Assembly: GCA_046597055.1 (NCBI GenBank)
Contig: JBKJLC010000134.1
Location: 1-48,201, forward strand
DNA length: 48,201 nucleotides
Reading direction: 5' to 3'
From: Kofleriaceae bacterium
GTDB lineage: Bacteria; Myxococcota_A; Polyangia; Haliangiales; Haliangiaceae
Every line of letters starts with the position of its first letter. The first letter of the stretch is position 1. A program made the position numbers and the translations under genes. Of the stretch, positions 23,112 through 33,884 are shown one piece after another. The notes under the pieces were generated by a model. That model was not told the DNA's origin. It was given only the letters and a program-made list of their open reading frames with translations, and did not search any database.

Positions 23112-23837
23112 ATGCCAAGCCTTTCTACGATGGTAGGCACGGTGGTGGGGGCCGGGGGTGGCAGCACCGACATCCTCTCCTTGATCGCGCAGGCCCATCC
23201 GATCGTCCAGGTCGTGATGGCCATGCTGGCGGTGATGTTCCTGATCGGGGTCTACATCATCATCTACAAGTCGCTGTACGTGGCCCGCGCCAGCCGCGAG
23301 ACCGTGCAGTTCAACGACTCGTTCTGGCGGTCGCGGGACATCGAGCAGATCTACAAGCACGCCCAGGCGCTCCGGAACAGCCCGGTCTCGCAGATGTTCA
23401 TCGCCGGCTACACCGAGCTGGCCAAGCTCTCGTCCGACGAGCGCATGAAGGCCGACCGCGAGGGCAGCCTCGAGAACATCGAACGCGCGCTGCGCAAGGC
23501 GCAGACCGTCGAGACCACCAAGCTCGAGTCGATGACGCCGTTCCTGGCAACCACCGGGTCGGCCGCCCCGTTCATCGGGCTGTTCGGCACCGTGGTCGGC
23601 ATCATGGTTGCCTTCCAGGAGATCGCGAACCCGGCACGCAAGGGCGCGCCCACGCTCGACACGGTCGGCCCGCACATCGCCGAGGCGCTGCTGGCGACCG
23701 CGATCGGCCTGATCGCGGCGGTGCCGGCGGTGATGGCGTTCAACTACTTCGTGCGCCGCAATCGCGTCCTGCGCTCCGAGATGGAGCAGTTCGAGCAGGA
23801 CTACCTGAACATCATCAAGCGTCACTTCCTTCACTAG
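23112..23837 (+). CDS. tolQ: TolQ (MotA/TolQ/ExbB proton channel)
   Basis: Motifs [22 protein letters not shown] and [12 protein letters not shown]; first gene of the tolQRAB order. Confidence 0.9.
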   Translation: MPSLSTMVGTVVGAGGGSTDILSLIAQAHPIVQVVMAMLAVMFLIGVYIIIYKSLYVARASRETVQFNDSFWRSRDIEQIYKHAQALRNSPVSQMFIAGYTELAKLSSDERMKADREGSLENIERALRKAQTVETTKLESMTPFLATTGSAAPFIGLFGTVVGIMVAFQEIANPARKGAPTLDTVGPHIAEALLATAIGLIAAVPAVMAFNYFVRRNRVLRSEMEQFEQDYLNIIKRHFLH

Positions 23838-23857
23838 CCCGGCAACGGAGGACCACC

Positions 23858-24316
23858 ATGGGGATGAAGTCGGGTGGAGGTGGCGGCGACGAGCTCAACA
23901 GCGAGATCAACGTGACGCCCATGGTCGACGTCATGCTGGTGCTGTTGATCATCTTCATGATCACGGCGCCGATGATGAACACCGGCGTCGAGCTCACGCT
24001 GCCCCAGGTCACGGCCCAGCAGCTCGAGGATCCCAAGGGCAAGCTGGTGCTGTCGATCACGAAGTACAACAAGCTCATGCTCGGCACGACCGAGGTCACC
24101 TGGAAGGACCTCGCGGCCAAGCTGCAGGCCAACGAGAAGATCCAGAAGGACGACGCGATCCACATCCAGGCCGACGGCGCCCTGCCCTACTCGGTCGTGG
24201 TGACGGCGATGGCGGTCGCCAAGGACGCGGGCATCGCCAAGGTCTTGTTGATGACGGACCCGACCGAAGATCTCAAGCTCGACGAGCTCGACCGGGCGAG
24301 TCAGGCTCCCCGGTAG
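23858..24316 (+). CDS. tolR: TolR (ExbD/TolR)
   Basis: [23 protein letters not shown] and GGAGG RBS. Confidence 0.9.
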   Translation: MGMKSGGGGGDELNSEINVTPMVDVMLVLLIIFMITAPMMNTGVELTLPQVTAQQLEDPKGKLVLSITKYNKLMLGTTEVTWKDLAAKLQANEKIQKDDAIHIQADGALPYSVVVTAMAVAKDAGIAKVLLMTDPTEDLKLDELDRASQAPR

Positions 24317-24322
24317 CGACGC

Positions 24323-25032
24323 ATGCGTGACGGCGACTATCATCTCTACTCCGGCATCGGCACCGCGGGCACCGTCGCGTTGATGGTCGTGATCGGCGTG
24401 CTCAACGCGTACGGCGAGCAGCTGGGCTGCGCGGCTTCGCCGGCGCACGCGACCGCCGATCCCTACGCGAACATGCGCGTGATCGACGCCGCGCTGGCCG
24501 AGGCCTCGAAGCAGCCGGAGCGGCAGCCGCAGAAGAAGTTCAAGGCGCCGCCGCCACCCGACCAGCCGGTCGGCGTCGCCACCGACGTGAACGCCAAGCC
24601 GGCCGACAAGGTGGACGAGCCGAAGGACAAGCCGGCCGATCCCGACACGGCGCTCGACAAGTACCGGCGGCCCGACGACGACGAGGACGATGTCCCGGTC
24701 GGCAAGCCGACGCCGATCGAGCGCGGCGTGATCGGCGGCTCCGAGGTCGGCTTCGGCGACAAGACCTTCGGCGATCCGTACCTCGGTGCGCTGAAGTCGC
24801 AGTACCTGCGGCTCTGGGAGTACCCGGAAATCCTCGACGAAGTGGGCACGCCGGTCGGCTGTATCCGCCTCAATGAAGATGGCACGATCGAGGACGTCAA
24901 ACTGGCGACCCCGAGCGGCAACGCCGACCTCGATACGTCGGTCGAGAAGGCGCTGGCCGATTTCATGAAGAAGGTCAACGAGGCGCCCAAGCCGGTGCCG
25001 CCCAACCTGTCCGACCTGACGAGGATCCCACT

Positions 25033-25054
<22 letters not shown>
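24323..25054 (+). CDS. tolA: TolA/TonB-like energy transducer
   Basis: N-terminal TM, Pro/Lys/Asp-rich linker and TonB_C-like domain (IRLNEDGTI...[15 protein letters not shown]), lying between tolR and tolB. Confidence 0.7.
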
Positions 25055-26361
<1,307 letters not shown>

Positions 26362-26427
26362 CCGACGCGGGCAGATCGTGCGCGGGTGTTGTGGCGAGGG
26401 GGCACAGTGAGCTGTTATCGCCCACGG

Positions 26428-27702
26428 ATGTCACCGCCGTCGACGTCTCGCTTCCTGCACGCGCCGAGCGCGCGCTGCGCCGGCCTGGTCGCCGGCCTGG
26501 TCGCCGCTTGCGGCGGATCGGCGCGCCCGACGGTGGCGCCAGCCCCGGTCGAGTCGGCCGCCCCGGCCACGCCGGCCGTGGCGCCCACCGCCAGGACGCC
26601 GGCCGTGGCGACGCCAGCCGCCGAGGCGCCAGCGCCGGTGGTCGCTGCCACTGGCTCGGTGGCGGTGATGGTGCGGCCGCAGCCGGCGTACGTGGAGCTG
26701 ACCACGGGCGCGCAGCTGGTGAACTGCGATCTCGTGATCGAGAACGGCACCGCGACCGACCTGCGACTGGACAAGATCGAGGTCTCGGTCCTGGACGGTA
26801 AGGGCGCCCTGGCCTGGCGGAAGTTTCTCGATGGCAACGGCATCAGCCCGAGCATCACGACCATCCCGAACCGCGACGTCGGCGCGCGCCAGCGGGTGCT
26901 GCTGCTGAACCCGTTGTGGGCATTTCCGCGCGACCTCGAGCTCGCGCGGCTGCGTTACGAGCTCACGTTCGTGCGCACGGGCGGAGCCGGCACCGACGCG
27001 GCCCCGCCGACCGTGGCCACCGTCGAGGTGAAGCCGGTGGTGTACGCCAACCGGGCGAAGCTGCAGCTGCCGCTCCCGGGCCGGATGATCGTCTGGGACG
27101 GCCACGACTTCTTCAGCCACCACCGCCGCTGGGACTACCTGTTCGCGCCGATCCAGGCGCTCGGCTTCGACAGCAACGCCATGCGCTACAGCTACGATCT
27201 GGTGCCGGTCGACGGCGCCGGCGAGATGCTGCACGGCGATCCCGCCAAGAACGAGAGCTGGATCGGCTTCGGCCAGCCGATCTACGCGACCGCGGCCGGC
27301 ACCGTGGTCGCGGTGGTCGGCGACAAGGCCGACGATCACCAGTTCGACATGGAGATGCTCAAGACCGACCTGAGGGTCGTGTTCGGCAACTACGTCGTGA
27401 TCGACCACGGCGGTGGGGAGCACAGCCTGTTCGGGCACCTCAAGCAGGGCAGCGCCAAGGTCGCGGTCGGCGCCAGGGTCACCGCCGGCCAGGAGCTCGC
27501 CGCGATCGGCGCGTCGGGAAGCTCGATCATGCCCCACCTGCACTACCAGCTGCAGAGCGGCCCGGACGGGCACGCCGAGGGGCTGCCCTCGTACTTCCAC
27601 GACTACCGGCGGGTGCTTGGCTCGCGGTCGGTCGCGGTCAAGCGGGGCCAGATCGACAGCGGCGACCTGCTCGAGCGCGCGCCGGCGAAGCGCGGGCGCT
27701 GA
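26428..27702 (+). CDS. M23-family metallopeptidase lipoprotein
   Basis: Lipobox VAAC and motifs GNYVVIDH, GHLKQGS, IGASGSS and PHLHYQL. Confidence 0.85.
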   Translation: MSPPSTSRFLHAPSARCAGLVAGLVAACGGSARPTVAPAPVESAAPATPAVAPTARTPAVATPAAEAPAPVVAATGSVAVMVRPQPAYVELTTGAQLVNCDLVIENGTATDLRLDKIEVSVLDGKGALAWRKFLDGNGISPSITTIPNRDVGARQRVLLLNPLWAFPRDLELARLRYELTFVRTGGAGTDAAPPTVATVEVKPVVYANRAKLQLPLPGRMIVWDGHDFFSHHRRWDYLFAPIQALGFDSNAMRYSYDLVPVDGAGEMLHGDPAKNESWIGFGQPIYATAAGTVVAVVGDKADDHQFDMEMLKTDLRVVFGNYVVIDHGGGEHSLFGHLKQGSAKVAVGARVTAGQELAAIGASGSSIMPHLHYQLQSGPDGHAEGLPSYFHDYRRVLGSRSVAVKRGQIDSGDLLERAPAKRGR

Positions 27703-27888
27703 GCCCCCGGGCGCTGCGACTCGCTGGCGGAGCGGCGACCGTGGTCGGTTCGGACCGGACGGGGCCGCGGGGCCGGGCCGGCCGGTCGGCGTCTGGGCAT
27801 GCAGAATCGAGACTTGGCCGCGGGACGTGCGGCGAGGGTCACGGTCGTTTAGTTGCGCCGGGTCGATCGAGCTGGAAGGCTTGCGCGC

Positions 27889-28779
27889 ATGCGTAATGAG
27901 CTGGCGGCCGTGTGCACCGTCTTTGCCGTCGCGGCGGCCACCACGGCGGCCCAAGCCGATGCCGACAGCCTGGGAGATCCGCTGGGACCACGCGAGGTCG
28001 CGGTGGGCGAAGGGATGCGCGCTGGCGCCGCCGGGGCCCTGGCGACCACCCTCAACCCCGCCGGGCTGCCGCTCACGCGCGAGCTGGTCTTCGAGGGCAG
28101 CTACGGCTATCGCCCCGAGGACAGCGCGTCGCTGATCGGCATCTCGGCGTGCGACTCGACCAACGCCGTACCGGGCTGCTTCTACTACCGGTATGCGGGC
28201 ATGTCGCCCGGCGCGGCTGGCATGGAGCTCGACCGCCGGACCCACGTCTTCGGCAACACGCTGGCGCGGTCGTTCGGGCAGCGGGTGATCATCGGGGTCG
28301 GGGCCAAGTACTTCGACTTCGAGTCGACCTCGATGGACGAGCCCGACGCGTCGGGCTTCAACTGGGACCTGGGCGCGCTGGTGCGGCTCACCGACATCGT
28401 CAATCTCGGGGTGGTTGGCTACAACCTGCTCGGCACCCAGGCCGCCGAGTTCCCGCGTGCGATCGCGGGCGGCATCTACCTGAAGCCGGTCCCGCAGCTG
28501 GCGCTCGGATTCGATGGCCTGTGGAACCTCGAGGGCGACGGCGACACCGGTCGCTATGGCGGCGGCGGCGAATACTTCCTGTCGACCGGCGGCGGCTCGG
28601 TGGGCTACCCGCTGCGGATCGGCGCGGTCCATGACGTCGCGACCGGGACCTACCTCACCGGCGGGCTCGGGGTCTCGACGGCCAAGCTCGCGCTCGACGT
28701 CGGTGCCCGCAAGCAGGTCGCCGACGGCGACGAGCTGCTGGTCACGGCCAGCCTGCGCGTGTTCGGGCCCCGGATGTAG
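27889..28779 (+). CDS. Outer-membrane beta-barrel protein, FadL/PorV/TraF-like
   Basis: Signal peptide, N-terminal GPREVAVGE...LNPAGL hatch-like motif and amphipathic strands (WDLGALV, LGVVGYNL, LRIG, LDVG). Confidence 0.6.
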   Translation: MRNELAAVCTVFAVAAATTAAQADADSLGDPLGPREVAVGEGMRAGAAGALATTLNPAGLPLTRELVFEGSYGYRPEDSASLIGISACDSTNAVPGCFYYRYAGMSPGAAGMELDRRTHVFGNTLARSFGQRVIIGVGAKYFDFESTSMDEPDASGFNWDLGALVRLTDIVNLGVVGYNLLGTQAAEFPRAIAGGIYLKPVPQLALGFDGLWNLEGDGDTGRYGGGGEYFLSTGGGSVGYPLRIGAVHDVATGTYLTGGLGVSTAKLALDVGARKQVADGDELLVTASLRVFGPRM

Positions 28780-28857
28780 GCGGCGCCGGCGCCCTGACGC
28801 GGGGCGCCCGCGATCGGCGGTCCGGACGCCGTCCGCCGCGGTCCGGCGCGGTCCGGC

Positions 28858-28883
28858 GAAACCAGAGCCGGGTCGGCGGTGTC
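28858..28883 (+). promoter_or_regulatory. Candidate ECF-sigma autoregulatory promoter
   Basis: GAAAC-N18-GTC, 32 bp upstream of the ECF start codon, followed by a CATACGC/GCGTATG inverted repeat (28884-28902). Confidence 0.4.
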
Positions 28884-28915
28884 CATACGCACGCGGCGTA
28901 TGATCCTCCGAGTCG

Positions 28916-29488
28916 ATGACCGTTCTTGATCGCCAGCTCGTCCGTCGGCTTCGCGACCGCGACGAGCAGGCGTTCCGGGAGCTCGTGCTCGAGCACCGGG
29001 ACAAGGTGTTCAACCTGACCCTGCGCATGCTTGGCAATCGCGCCGAGGCCGAGGACGTGGCGCAGGAAGTGTTCATCACGGTCTTCAAGACGATCGAGAG
29101 CTTCCGCGAGGAGGCCAAGCTCTCGACCTGGCTGTACCGGGTCGCGGTCAACCACTGCAAGAACCGGATCAAGTACCTGTCGCGCCGGCACGCCCGCGAC
29201 CAGGACCAGCTCGACGAGAGCAACGAGGCGGCCGCGACCAACGCCACGCCGTCGGTGCCGGTGCCGCGCCCCGACCGCGCGGTCGAGGGCGCCCAGATCG
29301 AGCGGGTGCTGCAGGAGGCGATCGCGACGCTCGACGAGGACCACCGGGTGCTGGTGGTTCTGCGCGACGTGGAGGACCTCTCGATCGAAGAGATCTGCGA
29401 GATCACGGGGCTTCCCGACGGAACCGTCAAGTCGCGCCTGCACCGCGCCCGGCTGGCACTTCGCAAGAAGGTGGCGCGCCATCTATGA
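28916..29488 (+). CDS. ECF RNA polymerase sigma-70 factor
   Basis: Region 2 (AEDVAQEVF...STWLYRVAVN) and region 4 (LSIEEICEITGLPDGTVKSRLHRAR). Confidence 0.93.
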   Translation: MTVLDRQLVRRLRDRDEQAFRELVLEHRDKVFNLTLRMLGNRAEAEDVAQEVFITVFKTIESFREEAKLSTWLYRVAVNHCKNRIKYLSRRHARDQDQLDESNEAAATNATPSVPVPRPDRAVEGAQIERVLQEAIATLDEDHRVLVVLRDVEDLSIEEICEITGLPDGTVKSRLHRARLALRKKVARHL

Positions 29489-29577
29489 TCGAGGAAGTGC
29501 CATGTTGCAGCTGTTGCCTCAGGACGCTCGGTCCATCGGGCTCCCGCGCCGCGGGCGACCCATGAGCGAGCCCGGTC

Positions 29578-30048
29578 ATGACTGACGCCACCACCGACCA
29601 GCCCGAGCCGGACGATCGCACCCTGGCGATGCTGTCGGACTACCTCGACGGCACGCTGGCTGCGCCTGAGCGGGCCGAGCTCGACGCCCGGCTTGCGGCG
29701 GACCCGGCGCTGCGGGCCGAGCTCGACGAGCTGCGCGCGACGCTCGGTGCGCTCAAGGGGCTCGACAAGGCGCCGGCGCCCCCCGAGCTCGCCACCACCG
29801 TGGAAGCGACGATCCATCGTCGTTCGGCCGGGCGGTTCTTCGCGCGGCGGACACTGGGCGATCGGATCCCGTTCGGGGTGCTGCTGATCGTCGCGCTGGT
29901 GGCGCTGATCGCGCTGGTGGCGCTGCTGTGGTCGTCGCCCACCGGGTCGCTGCGGATGCAGCGCAAGGATGTGCCGCCGCCACCGCCGGCCGCACGCGAC
30001 GCGCTGCCCCGCCCGGCGCCGGTGGCGCCGGCGCCGATGACGCCATAG
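29578..30048 (+). CDS. Single-pass anti-sigma factor (zf-HC2-like domain without Zn ligands)
   Basis: LSDYLDGTL..ERAELDARLAADPALRAEL followed by a TM helix, directly downstream of the ECF gene. Confidence 0.75.
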   Translation: MTDATTDQPEPDDRTLAMLSDYLDGTLAAPERAELDARLAADPALRAELDELRATLGALKGLDKAPAPPELATTVEATIHRRSAGRFFARRTLGDRIPFGVLLIVALVALIALVALLWSSPTGSLRMQRKDVPPPPPAARDALPRPAPVAPAPMTP

Positions 30049-30101
30049 GGCGGCCCTGGCGTCGCGCGTGGCCGCCATGGCGGATGGGTGCGGCGGGTCG
30101 A

Positions 30102-30779
30102 TCATGTGCCCCGCCCGACGTTCCACTCGGCGATCGAGCAGAAGCCGCGGGCCGCGACGATGACGTGATCGACGAGCGGGATGCCGATCAGCTCGCCGAC
30201 GGTCCGCAGGCGCTCGGTCAGCGCCAGGTCTTCCGGGCTGGGTGACGGCTCGCCCGAGGGATGGTTGTGGACGGCGATCACCGCCGCGGCGGCCATGCGG
30301 ATGAGCGGCCGGAAGACCTCGCGGGGATGGACGTCGACGCCGGTGAGGCAGCCGCGCGCGACCTCCAGCTCGGCGACCACGCCGTTGCGCGCGTCGATGC
30401 CGAGCACGAGGAACACCTCCTGGGAGACGCCGACCAGCCGCGGCCAGACCCGCTCGTACACATCGGAGGCGCAGCTGACCACCTCGGCCGGCGTGGTGCG
30501 CACCGCCACGGCGCGCAGCCCGAGCGCGAAGGCCGCCGCGAGCCGTGCCGCCCGCGCGCGGCCGATGCCGGTGACCTGGGTGAGCTCGAGCGGCGAGACC
30601 CGCGCCAGCGCCGCGACGCCACCCGAGTCGGCCAGGACCTCCTCGGCGAGGCGGACGGCGCTCTTGCCGCGCATGCCGGTGCCGAGGATCAGCGCGATCA
30701 GCTCGGCGTCGGACACCCGGTCGTTGCCGTGCGCGTACAGTCGCTCGCGAGGGCGGTCGTCGATCACCGGGGTGGTCAC
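30102..30779 (-). CDS. radC: RadC-family JAB-domain protein
   Basis: RPRERL, SDAELIALILGTG, GIGRARA, VHPREVF and HNHPSG...PSPED...DHVI; GTG start at 30779. Confidence 0.92.
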   Translation of the reverse strand: MTTPVIDDRPRERLYAHGNDRVSDAELIALILGTGMRGKSAVRLAEEVLADSGGVAALARVSPLELTQVTGIGRARAARLAAAFALGLRAVAVRTTPAEVVSCASDVYERVWPRLVGVSQEVFLVLGIDARNGVVAELEVARGCLTGVDVHPREVFRPLIRMAAAAVIAVHNHPSGEPSPSPEDLALTERLRTVGELIGIPLVDHVIVAARGFCSIAEWNVGRGT

Positions 30780-30834
30780 AGCAAGCCACGCGCCAGCGGT
30801 GGGCGCGCGCGGTCGCATACTTGCGCTGTCCCCC

Positions 30835-30920
30835 TGTCCGAATATCGGACACCCGTCCGGTTGCCGGACGCGAGCGGTCGGACGCCGGACACGCGGGCGC
30901 GATGCGGGTGGGTGACACCC
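30835..30920. repeat. Two 17-bp palindromes plus a GGGTG-N5-CACCC palindrome in the radC/kinase divergent region
   Basis: TGTCCGA-ata-TCGGACA (30835-30851), CGTCCGG-ttg-CCGGACG (30854-30870) and GGGTGGGTGACACCC (30906-30920). Confidence 0.65.
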
Positions 30921-30978
30921 GATGGGGGTGGCCGGACTTCAGGCGCCAAGGGGACCGTGGTGATAGTGTTGCCCCGCC

Positions 30979-33420
30979 ATGTTCGTGTGCCCCGACTGCG
31001 GCCACACCCAGCCGTCCGATGGTCCCTGCCCGGCCGATCAGACGATGCTGGTACCCCGTGGCGACGATCCGCTGATCGGCATCACCGTCGGGCCGTACCG
31101 GATCGCCAAGCTCCTCGGCGTCGGCGGCATGGGGCGGGTCTACAAGGGGGTCCAGCCGTCGATCGGCAGCCGGGTCGCGATCAAGGTGCTGTCGCGCGAG
31201 TGCGCGGACCGGCCCGACCTGGTCGAGCGCTTCTTCTCGGAGGCTCGCGCGGTCAACCTGATCCGGCACGAGAGCATCGTCAACGTGCTCGACCTGGCGC
31301 AGCTGCCGGACGGCCGGCCCTACATCATCATGGAGTACCTGGACGGCGCGCCGCTGGCCGACCTGGTCACCAAGATCGGGCCGATGCCGCTGGGCTCGCT
31401 GGCGCGCCTGATGGCGGAGGTGCTCGAAGCGCTCGCCGCTGCGCACGCCAAGGGGATCGTCCACCGCGATCTCAAGCCCGACAACATCTACGTCACGCCG
31501 GCCGGTCGGCCCAAGGTGCTCGATTTCGGCATTGCCAAGCTGCGGCCCGAGATGGGCGGCAGCGCGACCCAGGAGGGCTCGCTGCTCGGCACGCCGCACT
31601 ACATGTCGCCCGAGCAAGCGATGGGCAAGCCGGTCGACCTGCGGACCGATCTCTACGCGATCGGCGTGATCTTGTACGAGTGCGCGACCGGACGCCGGCC
31701 GTTCCTCGCCGACTCGCTGTTCGATCTGCTGCGCAAGCACGTCGACGAGGCGCCCCAGCCGCCGCGGTCGCTGCGACCCGACATGCCACCCGCGTTCGAG
31801 CAGGTGATCATGTACTCGCTGGCCAAGGATCCGGGGCACCGGTATCAGACCAGCCACGATCTGGCGGTCGCCCTGATGCAGGCCACCGGCGGCATGCCGC
31901 CCGAGCAATGGGCGCCGGTCTCACCCGGCAGCCTGTCTCGGATGTCGGCGCAGCACGGGCCGCGCAGTGGTGCGGGCTGGAGCGGCCCGACGAACCCGAT
32001 GAACCCGGGATCGTACCCGCCCGGCTTTCATCCGCCCCCGCCAAGATCGTATCCGCCGCCGCCAGGCACCGGGCCCAACATGCCGCCGCCACCGTCGTCG
32101 GTGGCCGGCGCATCCGGGCAGGTGATCTCGCGACCGCCGCCGTCGTCGAACAAGGCGATGTGGCTCGCGCTCGGCGGGCTCTTGCTGGTCGGCGGCGCGG
32201 TCGGGATCGCGGTCGCGGTCGGCGGTGGCGCGTCGACCGAGGCGGCCGGCGGGGCCGGCAGTGGCAGCCTGGTGGCCACGTTCGAGGACGCCGCATCGGG
32301 CGCGGTCGCGCTCGATGCCAGCGAGGACGCCGACGACGACGTGATCGCCGGGGGTGGCGGCGCCACGGGCACCGGCAGCACGGGCGGCACCGCGGCCACC
32401 GGCAGCACCGGCGGCGCCGGCAGCACCGGCAGCACCGGCAGCGGGACCGCAGCGACCGGTAGCGGCACCGCGGCGACCGTCGGGGGAGGCGGCGGCTCCC
32501 GGGGGGGCGGCGCTGCGCCGAGTGGCGCGAGCGACTTCACGCGCAGGATGGCGGCGTTCACCTCGGGCATCCCGCAGTGCGACGCGTACGTCCGCATGTT
32601 CGGAGAGCTCGTCGCGTGTCCCGCGATGGCGACCATGCAGGAGTCGTACAAGCAGGCCGCCGAGCAGGCCATGGACGCCTACGCGAGCTTCAAGCAGATG
32701 GATGCCGCGACGCGCAAGCAGATCGCGGCGTCGGCCGGACCGGCATGCCAGCAGGGCGTCGATGCCCTGCGCCAGGCCATGACCTCGATGGGATGCAAGG
32801 CGAGCGGCGGCGGCGCAAGCGCCAGCGGCGCCGGCGCGAGCGCCAGCGGCGCCGGTAGCGGGACCGCCGCGGAGGCCGACGATCCGCCCGACCCGCCGCC
32901 GGCCGTCGTCGCTGGCAAGGCGTACAGCCTGCGCATCGCCGGGTTCAAGGCCGACGGATTCGACTTCATGAAGTGGCTCCCGACCGCGGTCGCCGAGGCC
33001 AAGAAGCACTTCCCGGACGCGCAGCTGACGCGCATCGACGCCGACGGGGTCGGCCCCGACGGCCTGGCTCACCTCTCGCTGGATCCGGACGACTTCAGCG
33101 TGCTCTACCGGTTCGTCTCGCCGTCGGCGGCGAAGCCACCAGCCAACCATCCGCGCGGGCTCAAGTGGGAGCCGCTGTGCATGGTGCAGATCATCGTCGA
33201 GGCCGATGACACGATGGTGCTCCCGATGAAGGGGTTCGGCTGCGAGACGCCGATCCCGTTGCCGCGATGCGACGCTCGCGAGGTGTGGCAGAAGGCGATC
33301 AAGAAGGGCGCGCCCGGCCAGAACGCGTACGCCGAGCTGTGGTTCGGGGTCGGCTCGAAGGCGCAGTGGAGCTTCGACATCGACGACGTGATCGACGAGA
33401 ACCTGCCGGACGGGTGCTGA
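30979..33420 (+). CDS. Transmembrane Hanks-type Ser/Thr protein kinase with Cys-rich extracytoplasmic domains
   Basis: N-terminal CPDC..C, LGVGGMGRVY, VAIK, HRDLKPDN, DFG, GTPHYMSPEQ, Pro-rich linker, TM helix, then IPQCDAY...C...C and a second Cys-containing domain. Confidence 0.93.
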   Translation: MFVCPDCGHTQPSDGPCPADQTMLVPRGDDPLIGITVGPYRIAKLLGVGGMGRVYKGVQPSIGSRVAIKVLSRECADRPDLVERFFSEARAVNLIRHESIVNVLDLAQLPDGRPYIIMEYLDGAPLADLVTKIGPMPLGSLARLMAEVLEALAAAHAKGIVHRDLKPDNIYVTPAGRPKVLDFGIAKLRPEMGGSATQEGSLLGTPHYMSPEQAMGKPVDLRTDLYAIGVILYECATGRRPFLADSLFDLLRKHVDEAPQPPRSLRPDMPPAFEQVIMYSLAKDPGHRYQTSHDLAVALMQATGGMPPEQWAPVSPGSLSRMSAQHGPRSGAGWSGPTNPMNPGSYPPGFHPPPPRSYPPPPGTGPNMPPPPSSVAGASGQVISRPPPSSNKAMWLALGGLLLVGGAVGIAVAVGGGASTEAAGGAGSGSLVATFEDAASGAVALDASEDADDDVIAGGGGATGTGSTGGTAATGSTGGAGSTGSTGSGTAATGSGTAATVGGGGGSRGGGAAPSGASDFTRRMAAFTSGIPQCDAYVRMFGELVACPAMATMQESYKQAAEQAMDAYASFKQMDAATRKQIAASAGPACQQGVDALRQAMTSMGCKASGGGASASGAGASASGAGSGTAAEADDPPDPPPAVVAGKAYSLRIAGFKADGFDFMKWLPTAVAEAKKHFPDAQLTRIDADGVGPDGLAHLSLDPDDFSVLYRFVSPSAAKPPANHPRGLKWEPLCMVQIIVEADDTMVLPMKGFGCETPIPLPRCDAREVWQKAIKKGAPGQNAYAELWFGVGSKAQWSFDIDDVIDENLPDGC

Positions 33421-33869
33421 TGGCCTGGCGCGACGCCACCGCGGGCGACGACGCGGCGATCGTGGCGATGGGGGTGGCGCTCAACGTCGAGGACGCCGGC
33501 CAGGATCGGATCGAAGCCACCCAGGTGGCGCGCACGCTGGCGGTGCTTCGGGCCGAGCCCTGGCGCGGTCGCGCGGTCGTGATCGACGACGAGCACGGGG
33601 CGGTCGGCTACGCGTTCCTGATCGCGTTCTGGTCGAACGAGCTCGGAGGCGAGCTGTGCACGATCGACGAGCTGTACGTGGCGCCCCGCGCCCGGGGCGA
33701 GGGCCATGCCAGCGCGCTGGTGTCGGCCCTGGCCGACGGAACCGGACCCTGGCCGAGCCGACCGGTGGCGCTCGCGCTCGAGGTCACTCCGGACAACCGG
33801 CGTGCGATCGCGCTGTACGACCGGCTCGGCTTCCGCACCAAGTACCGCTCGATGCGTCGCCGGCTGTAG
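33420..33869 (+). CDS. GNAT-family N-acetyltransferase
   Basis: IDELYVAPRARGEG and LEVTPDNRRAIALYDRLGF; TGATG overlap with the kinase stop. Confidence 0.85.
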   Translation: MAWRDATAGDDAAIVAMGVALNVEDAGQDRIEATQVARTLAVLRAEPWRGRAVVIDDEHGAVGYAFLIAFWSNELGGELCTIDELYVAPRARGEGHASALVSALADGTGPWPSRPVALALEVTPDNRRAIALYDRLGFRTKYRSMRRRL

Positions 33870-33884
33870 CCGCAGCCACATACC

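Noticed and set aside
26431..31908. 1825-aa minus-strand ORF, and other long ORFs such as 18123-21182, 13404-16286, 44776-48009 and 7875-9545
   Set aside because: These are antisense or alternate-frame shadows of well-supported genes. They are Arg/Ala/Gly-rich with no motifs, as expected from stop-codon scarcity at high GC.
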